Of a stretch of DNA of 64,000 nt, positions 32,102-44,026 are shown piece by piece. The DNA is taken from contig NW_027192192.1 in the NCBI RefSeq assembly GCF_041956535.1, forward strand, positions 685,796 to 749,795, given 5' to 3'. This DNA comes from Calcarisporiella thermophila CBS 279.70 (Eukaryota; Fungi; Calcarisporiellomycota). A model generated the notes under the pieces. That model did not search any database and was not told the DNA's origin. It saw only the letters and a list, made by a program, of their open reading frames with translations. Position 1 is the first letter of the stretch. Every line of letters begins with the position of its first letter. A program made the position numbers and the translations under genes.

Positions 32102-32750
32102 CTAGCCATATCTATACATCAGGTTGTTGGCTTGGTACTCCTCAAATCCGAATGGTCTGTAGAGTCCCTGCGCATCGCCGGTGAACAGGAGCCATCTCAT
32201 TTTTTTGTTGTGCAAGTTTGGGTGCCGGAACATCGCCGCCACGATCCATTTTCCCAGGCCTTTTCCTCGCTCGCGTTCTAGCACAAAAATGTCACTTAAA
32301 TAGGCGAACGTAGCGTAATCAGTGATCAGTCTTCCGTATCCGCAAAAGACGTCTCCGCCTGGTTGCCGCTTAAGAATAGAGAAGGTTAGCGAATTCTGCC
32401 CTCCCTCAAGAATATTCTCGGGAGTGCGCGTATCCTTCCAATAAGCTTCGTGAAGGAGATATTGGGTTACGACCTTGAAGTCGATCGACCGCTTATCTGT
32501 CGTAATATAATAGCCGTCGGGGCGGTGAAATTCGTAACTCGGAATGGCGTAGAAGGGCGGAGAAGGGTCCTTGAGAACGGGAATGAGTGAGGGATCGTCG
32601 GAATGCTTGAGAGAAGAAGGGATGGTTGCGCTATCCTATAGGAGCCCGATAAATAGACAATTTACTTTAGGTTAATACCTGGTCGAGTTGTGTATCCTCG
32701 AGAAGGTTTACTGGTTTTAGCTCGGAATGGGCGCATTCTTCATTTGTCAT
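32102..32750 (-). CDS. GNAT-family N-acetyltransferase; 2 exons
   Basis: Read on the minus strand: YYITTDKRSIDF..AYW..GYGRLITDYATFAYLSDIFVLERERGKGLGKW..FTGDAQGLYRPFGF (motif A RGKGLG). Confidence 0.88.
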
Positions 32751-33219
32751 GGCTAAGAATGAACTACAAAAAATAAGTTATATGCACTTCACACCCAATT
32801 TTTTTTTTCTCGCTTCAATTTTATGCTACTTCATGAGTGTCTTATTCGTCATATTTGCTCATCCTTTCTCAGCATATATGAAAAAGGAGAAAAATCATTT
32901 ATAGTGTCCTTTTGTAGCTAAAGACAAAAAAAGAGGGAGCAACATGCTAAATAGTGGCTAGAAAGAGATTACAATCCATAAGGAAGCATGAAAAAAAGTG
33001 GAGTGGCAGTGAGCATATTATGCGAAGAGCAGAAGAAAGGCTAGTAGAGCAAGTCATTAAAGTGTAAATGTGGATAGAAATATAAAAGCGCATTATCTAA
33101 ATGTGGATAAGTACTATGTCTTGGTAGATAATGTGGATGTTCTCGATTCTCGAGATAAAACATCCTATAGTGGAATATATACAAAACATTAAATGGCAAA
33201 TAGATTCCAGATATTACGA

Positions 33220-34512
33220 TTACGAGCAGATGCTCTCGATCCGCATGGGATTGAACCCGGCACGCCTTGCAGGAGGCGTCTTTGGCTCATCCGCACAATG
33301 CCACTCGGCGACGCTAGCCAACACCGCTAGGCCCGGCTGGGAACACGATGCAGGGGGACGGGGGGGCGGGGTATTGCACCTCCTGGGCGACGATTGCGGC
33401 GTGTGGGGGGGCTCGCTGGACGTGTCGGATGCCCATGAGTTACGCCGTGAAGCGTCCGGCGTTTCCGGGGGAGAAAGGATGACGCTGACGGGGGACAGTG
33501 CGTCGAACTCTCTGCTTCTGGTGCGAGAGGTGGGAGGCGACGGAAGACTGGGCAGGTTGATGGGTGGAAGTTTGGGGCCGCGAGCATCGTGGCTGGAGGG
33601 CTTGGTGTATGGCTCGTGGCGGATCGTGGGCCGGAAGACGGGATTGGAGAGCGGGGGGAGCATCATCGGGCTCTTGTCTCCGCCACCAAGCCTCGGCTCC
33701 TGCTGTTGCTGCTGCTGCTGCTGCTGCTTCTTTACAAGAGTGTGCATGCGCGAGCGCCTTCCGGGGACTGCTTTCCCAAGTTGTGAGTTGATCATCCGGC
33801 GCTTACGACGCTGCATCGCAGTGTTATACGCATTCTTGAGCATGTTGTCGCTTCTACCAGGCATAAGGCGTGCCATCTCCGCCCACTTGCTGCCCATCTG
33901 GGCATAGAGGCGGAAGATGAGTTGTTCCTCTTCGGGCGTGAGGGGAGACTTGTCGAGCGAGGGGTCGAGATGGTTATGCCAGCGCTCGCGGCATTGCTTT
34001 CCAGTGCGAGAACCGAGGCGTGAAGCGATCAACACCCACTTCTCAGGGCCGAGCTCCTTAACAAGCTCGATCAACCGCTGGTCCTCCTAGAGCCGATGGA
34101 ATGTTAGCGACATGTTGCCTAGGTCACCAAGCATGGAAAAGAGGGTTCCCCTTTAGTTACCTCTGCTGTCCAAGGGCCTTTGACAACGGCATTGGGCTTG
34201 GACAGATGCCGCCAGCGCATCATGCACTCGTCCTTGTCGCGAGAGCCATCAGGGAAGCAGTACTCGGCAATCTTCTTCCAGGCCTTGCCGTTGAATTTTT
34301 GCACGGCCTGGCGCAACAGCTCATCCTACAATGGCAAGGGCAAATCCGACTAGAGATTAGGGTAACACGGCAATGGATCGATGTGCATCGGGTATAAGAA
34401 CCTCGCGGTCCGTCCAGTCGTTGCAGTCGATCGAGGAGGAGGAGGGGGAGGGGCTACGTGCGGGGTCATCGTTTCGCCACTGGGCCACATTAGAGAATGA
34501 GTATTTGGACAT
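33220..34512 (-). CDS. Three-repeat (R1R2R3) Myb transcription factor with poly-Q tract; 3 exons
   Basis: WTDREDELLRQAV..WKKIA..CMMRW; KGPWTAEEDQRLIELV..RTGKQCRERWHNHLDP; LTPEEEQLI..WAEMARLMPGRSDNMLKNAYN. CAG run near 33701-33728. Confidence 0.92.
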
Positions 34513-36482
34513 TGCTGATTAGAGTGGAGTGATGGAGTGTGAATTAGATGGCGTGGAGTATAATATAATGTACTACAATATAAAGCTATTAACTATACTA
34601 AAGATATATATTTTTTTATATGTCGAATATAAAAAATTAAGGTATTAGGATATTAACTGAGTCGATGCGACTCAATACAAGGATTAGAGTCGTAATAATA
34701 AGCTTGCTACTATGATGGGAATGTGTGGAGGAGGGGAGGGAAGTCCTGAAGACGCTCCCCTTTATATACCACATACTTCGTGTCGATCGTGTGGTCGGTC
34801 CTCTTGGTAGATTTTCTTCGACGTGCACAAGGATTTCTCGCCTGAACCTCGCTAAGGAAGGCCGCTCGTCCAATCTCCAGGCGGTGTCTGCCTCTCATCA
34901 AGTGCTCAGGCGCGAAGGGGGAAAAAAGGTATGTTTGAGAAGCAAGCGTGCAAGGACCCTTCTTTTTCTACTTCATCTCAATTTTGGAAATGGATAATCC
35001 CCATTCCTCAATCAAAAGCAGCGCTGATCCGAATAATCCACAGGTCACATTTCTGCGCGAGCATGTCTCTCTTCCCCTCCTTATGGCCATATTAGCCCTT
35101 GCAAGATCCCTTTGCCTTTTCACGCTACAAGCATAATGATCGTCCGTCCCCCATCCGCACCCCTCCCCCCTACCCCCACACCCGCACTCTTCTAGGACAA
35201 AGTGGCTCGTATTCGGTTGGAGGTGGTCCTATATTGCTCTTTGAGCTGGATTCACTGGAAAACACGACGTGTGTATCTCTACAGAGGACATTGAAAGCGA
35301 AAGAAGCATTTACCAAGTTGCCAAGCGATCCTTTCATCCTCATGTCTTTTTCTTATCTTGCTTTGTCTCCTTTCCTCCCCCTCCTCGTCATGGGCGATCG
35401 TCAATATATCTATAATTGCAGATTCAAGGGAATCGCGTATGAGGGGAGCGTGCACGGAGACTGAAGAGCATACAACCATCTGGAATAAGGAATATAGACC
35501 CAAAATGATGATGCACATACAAAGGCAAAAAAGAGGATGAATTGACAACCTTTGCTATGGTGCCTAACCACTGTCCCTCCTCCCGCGTTGCCAGAGAGTG
35601 GCCCAATGGCAACGAATATTACCATAGAAGGAGGGATGACGCAGGGAGGAGGGGAGTGGGATCTGGCTATAGAGTTAAAGGTTTGCAGATGACGAAATAA
35701 GAGATCAGCTCTGCTTCACCCCTTGCTGTGCTGTCGTCATCGATCGACTCGGAAAATTATCATAATAAACTTTCGATCACATGCGTCGGACTGAAAAAAG
35801 CAACCCTGCCTATAGGCATCACTAGGTGTTTGTGCACCTAGAGTAGAGGCGTTGTTGCCGCTTAGAACATGGTTTGCCTCTCCACACCCCCGGTACGCCG
35901 AGGGACGAGGGTGCAAGCCTAATAACACGACATATTCGGTGCGCATTTTAGACCAAGATAAACGGGGAAAGAAGGCAGTGGGAGCCTCTAGACCCGAAGG
36001 TATGGAATGGTATGCCAGTGCTAACCTCATTCCCTGGAGAAATGGCTCCCACGAGGGGAAATCTACGCTCACAACCCGCCCATCGCCCCCGCATGGAAGC
36101 GTCATCCTGCAATTAACAGATGCATCCAGGGGTGGGCTAGGTCGGCTTTGGTAGTAATTAAATCGGAAGAGAGAAGAAATTGGGAGAAGTCTCGAATTGA
36201 TGATGTGGTGGGGGGGGGACGCGGCCCCTCCAACTGAAGCCTCTCGCATGCCCTCTCCTTGCCGGCCCAATAATGTTCCAGGTCAATTGTGTGGCCATTG
36301 AAACAGGTGCGGAGTATGCCGCGCATTACCTTAAGCTAATCTTAACTCCAAAGGTTGAAAATTTCCATTGCGCCCTACGCGTTCGATCTCCGTAGATGTG
36401 GCTTGGCCCTTTTTCCCAGAATCCCAAACTTCTATCTTGATCTCGAGAAACTAACCTCCTCCCCATTTCATCACGGTCAAAG

Positions 36483-37352
36483 ATGGCATTCAGGTCGGTA
36501 CACGGTCCATCGCTAACGTTTGCTCAAGATGGGATGATAGTTACTGATGATTGAATTGGGTAGATTTTCGGACGTGATTGGCTTAAAAACGGCCATGGTG
36601 CTGTTTAGCATGAGCTTCTTGCTAGGAGTAATGTTCCTTTTCTTTCGGAGGTTTTCTCTTGTAATGCAGGGCTAATTAGGTACACCATTGTTTACAGTGC
36701 TTTTATTCGGATTGGAGTGTGGACTATTGGATCCTGTGGGCGCCCACGGTCACCAAAGAGGCCATTGCTTCCGCACAGGTGAGAAATAAATTCATTGGCT
36801 CTCCTCCCGAATAATGCATTGAATTCTTTGCTATTTTCGAGACTTATTACACCGGATTTTACAACGCACCCAAGGTCCATCGGCTTATCATCCTCGTGGA
36901 TGTCGTCATCGGCGTCATCGGCCTGTCGCTTGGTTTGGTGGAGGGACTTGAATCCAACTATCTCTTTGATGGAGCGTGTATGGCTCTCTTCTTGTTTGCT
37001 ATTGCCGCACACACCACCTCAGTTATACCGGGTAATTACCCTCGAGTGAGCTGGGTGAAGCAGGAGATTCAGCACGTTACTGATGTATATTCTTTTGCCT
37101 TTCATCCTCCTAGGAGTTGAAGTCGTAGCGAAAGCCACATCGTCCAATGAGGATGTAATTCAATCTCTCCGGCTCATTGCGGCGGCGCATGCAATGATGG
37201 CCATTGCGTGCACTGGAATCGTGTTCCTTCAGATCGGACACTATGTAGGGACAAAAAGCGCGGCTGCTGAAGCCGCTGCTGAGGAAAAGGCGCGTGCCGC
37301 CTCCTCAGCATCAGCCTCACCCTCGGGGAAAAAGAAGAGAAAGGACGAGTAA
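36483..37352 (+). CDS. SHR3: ER membrane packaging chaperone for amino-acid permeases (Shr3 family)
   Basis: Spliced TAMVLFSMSFLLGCFYSDWSVDYWILW..NYLFDGACMALF..IAAAHAMMAIACTGIVFLQIG; four TM segments and a basic KKKRKDE tail. Confidence 0.8.
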
Positions 37353-37670
37353 ATCTTTGCAAGATATATTGAAAGAGAACTTTATTTTTCAACCTTGAAA
37401 TTCCGTTTTTTTTTTTCTCTCTCTTTTTTTTTTACCCCCAGCTGATCTCCCCTCTCCCTCTAACATCGTCAGCTGCTTAAACCTATTTTCTATCTCGCCC
37501 GTCTCGCACAGGACCTTTAAGTCTGATATTTCTCTTGCTATTGTGTTTGTTAATTCCTCCGTTTTACAGCTTCGAGAGCAACGAAGTCGAGGATGAAGAA
37601 GTTTCTATTTATTTTTTTCTTTTCTATGTTGTTCTAAAATTTTTATTTTTATCATTAATAAAAAAAATGG

Positions 37671-38319
37671 TTATTTTACAAATATATGATAGAGCAAAAA
37701 GGTGGTGAAGAGACTCATGATGGCCGGTGCGAGATTGAGCTGCACGATGAAGTAGATCCATAGAGTCGCCAGTCCGGGACATTTCTCCATTTCACCAAGC
37801 GTCGGTGTACGTTTGATCGTGTAGAGGAGCGAGCTCCCACAAAACATCGCCGCCAGGGTCATAAGAAATTGCATCCAGGGGCGCGCCTTGAGCTTATTGG
37901 TAAAAAATATGATGACGCCCAACACTGTTGAAGCAGGTTGCATAAGTTAACCGACCTCAAGGGATGGGGGGAGGATTAACAAGCGGGAGCTACTCACTTG
38001 GAGCGACTTTGATCGTTTTCATGGCAACGCCACTTAATGTCCATACTTCGTCAAATTGCTGCTGCACCAGGATGTCCATGATTCCGTAAAGAAAACCAAA
38101 TGGAATGACCAACATTACTGCCTGCCACACTAGTGCCTGGGTGCTCTGCTCCTCGTCGTCATCATCACTCACTGAGTGAATTTTGGGCGAGGGATTAGGA
38201 ATTTTGCTGAGGAGACCCGATTCGCTGATGATGCGCCATTTCTCTTCATCGGGAATATCATCTACCTCGCCGGCCTTTTTTCTTCGGCGACGCGCTTCTT
38301 GGCTGGGTGAGGGTGCCAT
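37671..38319 (-). CDS. Conserved fungal-type multi-pass membrane protein of unknown function; 2 exons
   Basis: DIPDEEKWRIISESGLL N-terminus, then hydrophobic segments (IPFGFLYGIMDILVQQQF, CPGLATLWIYFIVQL). Confidence 0.7.
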
Positions 38320-39246
38320 CGTAAAGGTAGAACCCTGCAATTTAACGCGAGATGAAATTCATATAAAATAAAAAAAGTAGTCACGCTATACGCAGACCCC
38401 GAACCTAACCTACGCGACTTCATCCGGCCCGATCAGGTCAGGAGTGAGTCGGCTCTATTCCAAAGCAGAGCCAAATGGAAAATAGAGTCGACAAAAGAGG
38501 GATTGCATCTAGGCACAAAATCGGATTCCAAAGCACAGAGTAGATCGGGCACTGGGCTAAACTTCTCCAGTGGAAGTGAGGACTTGTCTGCCGCCCTGCA
38601 GCCTTGGAGTCGCTCGCTGTAGTAGGCGTTCTTGGGGGGCCTCTCCTCGCCTTTCCTCCTAAGGTCATTCGGGAGGGAGACGATAGGAAGAGAATCACCC
38701 AGCGCGCCTAAAAGGAGGAGGTCCTAAAAATAGGCCTTTCCATGGCTTCCATTTGCTTCTACCAAGAAATGGTAATTCACGTGGAACGTATTGTTAAAAA
38801 ACAAAGAGCCAGACACCGAAGCTCCAGCTCGATGGGCCATCGTCATGGGAGAGGTGTTGGACTTTTTTTAGATCCTCTGTTCAATAATTCTTGGAAGTTT
38901 CGGTAAAATCGATTGCCAATGAGTAAGGCGCCAAGGTTTCCTTCGCGATTATGATTTCACCTTAATTCTCTTTGGAAACGGACGGCAATTTGCTCGAAGG
39001 ATAGTGTTTCATCTTATCAGCTCTTCTCCACCAGTAACCGCGCACTTCTTCCCTAAGGGAATGATTCAGCAGTCGAGAGGTTTTTGAAAAAGAATTGTCC
39101 GTCTGTTTTGGCAAATGTTCTATTTGCTTTCCCTCCCCTTCCCCCCTATATAAAAACGGGCACACGCTCCCCCCTTTGTGATTTCCCATCTGCTCTTGTA
39201 TTTCTAACAGCTGAATTCCATCGGATAGACTTATTCTACATACGCT

Positions 39247-39892
39247 ATGAAATCTTATCTTGCCTTCCTTGTCCTTGCTCTCTCTGCATTGAGTGTAACA
39301 GCCCGTGAGTGTCCCTGTTCCGAACCCGAGATCTATGCAGCTCTCGGGATTATGCCCAACGAGCCCCTGAACTAACGCCAATTTTGTTTTGCCTGAAATA
39401 GAGACCGACGATGCTTCTCGCGCTCAGGAGCTGTTTAACTGCATCAGTAGCTGCCAAAGAGGTAGCGAAGAGGCCATCTCTTGCTACGGAAATTGTATAA
39501 GACAATTCGACCCCTCTGCCCGCGTCTCAGCCGCTGACTCCGGCACCGTCACCAGCGGCGCTACTGCGTCAGCAACTGATGCAGCATCCACCTCCGCGTC
39601 CGGGAGCGCCGCAGTCTCGTCTACTCCAACTGTACAAGCGTCCTCCTCCGCCTCCTCCGCCGCCGCCTCAAGCCTCCCTCCTCTGGCCAGCTCCGTTTCC
39701 TCCATTGCTTCTTCCGTGGCCTCCTCCATCCTGAGCGCATCCGGAACGGTGGCACCCTCTGTCTCCTCGGTCCGGCCATCAGGCACCACGGCAGCCAGCT
39801 CGCCTCCCCCTAATTCAGGGGCCGGAGCGGTGAAGGTAGGCGGAGGTGCTATGGTGGCCGCTGCTGCCCTGGGTGCTATGGCCCTACTCTGA
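39247..39892 (+). CDS. Small secreted, probably GPI-anchored Ser/Ala/Thr-rich surface protein with a CX3C-X9-CX3C motif
   Basis: Signal peptide MKSYLAFLVLALSALSVTA, intron ~39305-39401, four Cys, S/T stalk, NSGA omega-like site and hydrophobic tail; TATATAAA near 39147. Confidence 0.85.
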
Positions 39893-40313
39893 GTATGCTA
39901 GAGTGATCTAACCAATGGATCCATTTCATCCGCGCCCCTTCTTTTATCCACTTTTCTAATATAGTGCATTTTTTTTATATAATAATATTTTGTGTAGTTA
40001 TGATTCATGTCCAAGCAACAATCAACAAGATACAACTGTTTTCTCTTCCCCCACCTCCCCCCCTTATTCCATCAAAACCCCTTCCTCTCCAAAATGGGAA
40101 CGAGCTTCCCAGCAAAAAGTAAATAAAAATTTCATTTAGTTTAATTTAATAAAATTGGTAGGCTACTATTAATAAAAGACGACCATCGTCGAACAATAAC
40201 AATACAAAATAATGGAAGAAAGGGATGAATTAGCTATATTGAATATAAAAAAAAGTCAAAGTAGACCTTGGTCCAATATGCAAGCTTGTGGAGCAGGCGT
40301 GCCGGGCCTATTC

Positions 40314-43300
40314 TCACCGCGGGCAGACGCCGATTTGGTTGCCCACCCGGATCAAGGTCTCCATCGGCATTCTAGTCCGCTCCAGCAGATCGGCGTCGAA
40401 TTTGATAGCGCCCTTCTTGAAGATGGTGACGATGGTGCTTCCGCCGAACGCAAAGTAGCCGACCTCGTCGGTGCGCTTGATCTCACTGCCGGGCTTCGCG
40501 GTAATGATCACGGAGCCCACCATCATGGCCCCAATGCACGCCATGGCCACTTTACCGAAGGTGGGCGAGTCGATAGTGCCGATGGCGCGCGTGTTCTCCC
40601 CGTACACGTCGAGGGTGGAGCGGATGGCCATCGGATTGACGGTGTAGTAGTTGCCCTCGATGCGGCGGAAGGAGCTGATGGTGCCGTCGACGGGCGAGTG
40701 GAACCGGTGGTAGTCCTGCGGTGCGAGCCGGAAGATGACTAGCGAGCCGCCCTCGAACTCCTTGGCCATCTCCTCGTCGCCCAGCAGGCGCGCCACGCTG
40801 AACTCCATGCCTTTGATCCAGACGCGGGTGGCGTCGTCGATGGTCTCGAAGCACACCATGCGGCTGTCGGCCGCGCTGACAGCGACGCGGGGGTCGTCGG
40901 GGGAGTCGCACGGGCGTGCGTCGGGCTTCAGCTTGCGGTAGAAGAATTCGTTGAAGTTCTTGAACGATTCCAGCGGCTCGAGGATCTCGGTGGTGTCCAG
41001 GTTGTGGAAGCGGATGAAGTGCGGAATCTCGGCCGCCGACTTGGGGTCGTTGTACTTGACGCCCTGCTTGATGGAGAGACTCTTGAGGAGTTTGCGCGCC
41101 GTCCTGGACTCCACCCCCGTCTTCATCCCCTTGTAGAGGAGACGCATCCCGAAGCGGACGTAGATGGCCATCTTCTCCTCCACCAAGTGGCCCGTCGCGC
41201 GGTCCTGCACGATGATATTGGCGTTGTTCCCGCCGATTTTGTAGTTGCCAAATCCGAGGCGGCTGACCGTCTTCACGAGCCACTTGCGTTGAGCCTGGGC
41301 CTCGGTGACGAAGTTGCCCTACGAAATCATACGAGGAGCGGGAAAGGGGAGAAATCAGCGCCCTTCCCATAACCTAAGACATTCCTCCGCCTCCACTTAC
41401 CATGATAAACCGGTCCGCAGCCTTGACCCAGTCGTTACTCGAGCAAATGGCAATATGGGTAATGATGTCCAGCTCGGAGCCCTCGTTGATCCGAGGCTTT
41501 TGGCACACGGGGCACTCCTTCACGCGCACCACCCGCTCCACCTCGCTCTCAAGCTCCTCCTCGTTCTCCACCAACTCTTCGTCCCCGGGCGAGACGTTCC
41601 CCGTGTCCTCGGATGGAGGCGGGAGATCCCTCGCATTCTTCACGAGCTGTTCCTCGAGACACTCCACCACTTGGTCAAAGGTTAGCTCCGCATTGGGATC
41701 CTGCGAGTCGAGCCCGTACCGTGCAAAGAACTGGTCGACGGTGTCCGAATGCAGGGTCGAGCCCAGCGAGTCAAGCATCGCAATCAGCTCGGTGCGGTTC
41801 ATGACCCCGTTTTCGTCCGTGTCGTAGCTGCGCGTCAGGGCAAGCCAGAAGTGGCGGCGGATTTCGGAGTAGGTCAGAAACCGCGCGCGAAACGTGAGGG
41901 TGGGCTTGCACCGATCCTTGTACTTTTCCTTCAAAAGGTTCAAGGGAACTATCGAATAACAAGAACCAAAGCCATAGTATGGTCACCTTGTTGATCTTTT
42001 CGTCAAACACAACCGCAAAACTTGGAGTCAATCTTACCCGTCTTCCAGTCCAGTTGGGACTCGATTCCCTTGGCGGGCTCGACGCCGTTGGGGTGCCTAT
42101 CCCGCCCAAGCTCAATGATCTCATGGACCTTCATGTCTTTATACGCGATGAAGTCATTGCCGGAAATTTTGTCCCAGTCGTAGAGGGAGAAGCGCACGGT
42201 ATAGTTGAGCTCCGACTCGCGGACATGAAAGTAGAGGCTCTCTTTCCACACCGGATTAAGGCTATGGCTGATCACACGGGTGCGGAAGGTGCGCTGCCCG
42301 ATGGAGGCGATCACGAACGGATCCATGTCGAAGGACGTTTTCGTTGCTGGGGACCAAAACAGTTCACATTATTCAAACGTCAGGTTCGAAGAGGTGCAAG
42401 CAAATGCTTTACCATTTTTGATGGGCGGCAGATCGGATGCGGAGGTGATTTCTAAGAACATGGTTCCATACTTTCCGTCGCCGAAGGTGCCCAGGTCGAC
42501 CGTGCTATCCTCAGAGGACTGAGGCGACCTCTTTCCCGAGGCCTTGTCCACGTCATTGTTTGAGATGGAATCGACAGGAGTGCTCTTTCCGGATTCGAGG
42601 CTAAGGGTTTCCGTCTTCTGGAGCAAACCCTCCCATAGTTTCCCCATCTCTTCGGGACTCACCTCATTGTAGACATCGATAAGGCCGAATTTGAGGAGGA
42701 TTTCACCGGTAACGTTCTGGCTCTTTTTCCTGCTCACCACGGGGAACCATCTCGGCTACACACACATAAAAGGGTTAGCGGCCCCATCAGCAGATTATCC
42801 CCCACTGCTCTGCCAGCTCTCACTAGCTAACGCGCAAGTAGATTAATTACCTCATTCTCTTTGTCTTCGAATGATGGATGCGCCACGTCCAACGTTTTCT
42901 CCCACGGAACAAACACTTCGCCTGACTCAGTGAAAATGAAGTACGTCCAGAGGATCAGAAAAAGAGGAGTGGGAAAATCCACAAGCAAGCAAAGAAGCCT
43001 TACCCATATAATCACGCCCAAATCGATCTTTATCCCAAATAGTGAATTGAATGCCACCCTGTAGCTGCTTCGAATTCAGTTTGATATCGAACACATCCTC
43101 CCATTCTGGATTCAGTGTCTTGTAGAGGACCTGCGTTTGATGCAGCGTCTTTTCAATCTGAACGACCACGTACGGATCTGAGAATCCATTCTGCCAATCG
43201 ACCGAGGGAGGAAGACGGGTCAACGCGTTGTAGAAAATAGAAAAATACAATGGCGGGCAAATCGCTCACCTTATCCTTGGCTACCAGATTACGACCGCGA

Positions 43301-43329
43301 ACGACCGCAATACGAAGGGTTAAACTCAT
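40314..43329 (-). CDS. PSD2: Phosphatidylserine decarboxylase 2 (two C2 domains, EF-hand-like region, PSD domain)
   Basis: C2 motifs (SDPYVVV..KTLNPEW; DPFVIASIG..SLNPVW), FKNFNEFFYRKLKP, FRLAPQDYHRFH and autocleavage motif FGGST. Confidence 0.95.
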
Positions 43330-44026
43330 GGTGACGGTGGGGAGGGGAGGGAGGAGGGGAAGACGATGTAGGCTGAGAAAATACTGGAGCTCTATGTCGA
43401 GCAACAAAAAGCGAGTCAAGAAACGAGGAAATCAAGGCCGATCTGTACTGGATTTTATTTAAGGTATTAAGCCGGGCTTAGCGGAAGATCATATGCTTAA
43501 AAGAGAAAAAAGCCCACGAATGCCCCGGAAGAAAAATAGTCATAGACCGCATTCCATCATGTTCGCGCTCTCCCGAAGCCCCTCCCACCCTTTTTTCCGC
43601 CGCCCTCCCCCCATCCCCCAACCCGGGCGAGCCTGCGGCAAAAGTGCATCCAATCTGGCCTAAGCCCTCTAAGTTTCAATGGAGCCTATTGCCAAATCCA
43701 GACGTTTTCTCTTTCTCGAAATTCGCCCGCCACGACCGGGCTTGGCAACTTTGTAACCGCGGCGATAGGGGTTCTGAGTAGAGCAGTAACAGGAATAAAA
43801 AAGGAGATTTCAGACGATGAAATTTACCAAAACTTTATTAGGTTGTGAAGCTATACAATGCTTCCCGGCAAATGGGAAGTGGGGGAGGAAGGGGGAGGGT
43901 GGGAAATCAATGAGTAAAATAAAAATCCAAGCAAAACAATAGACAAGAAAATGGAGGCGATATTAGTATAAATTAATTAGATAAACAAACGATATAGAAA
44001 AGTCCCATGTCAGCATTGTCCCAGAG

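Noticed and set aside
32102-32640. Bacterial-looking GNAT as a recent horizontal transfer
   Set aside because: It has an intron and ordinary local composition, and this GNAT type also occurs in fungi; cannot be supported without a phylogeny.
36375-36396. GTTCGA B-box/T-loop-like hairpin
   Set aside because: No cloverleaf or A-box; not a tRNA.
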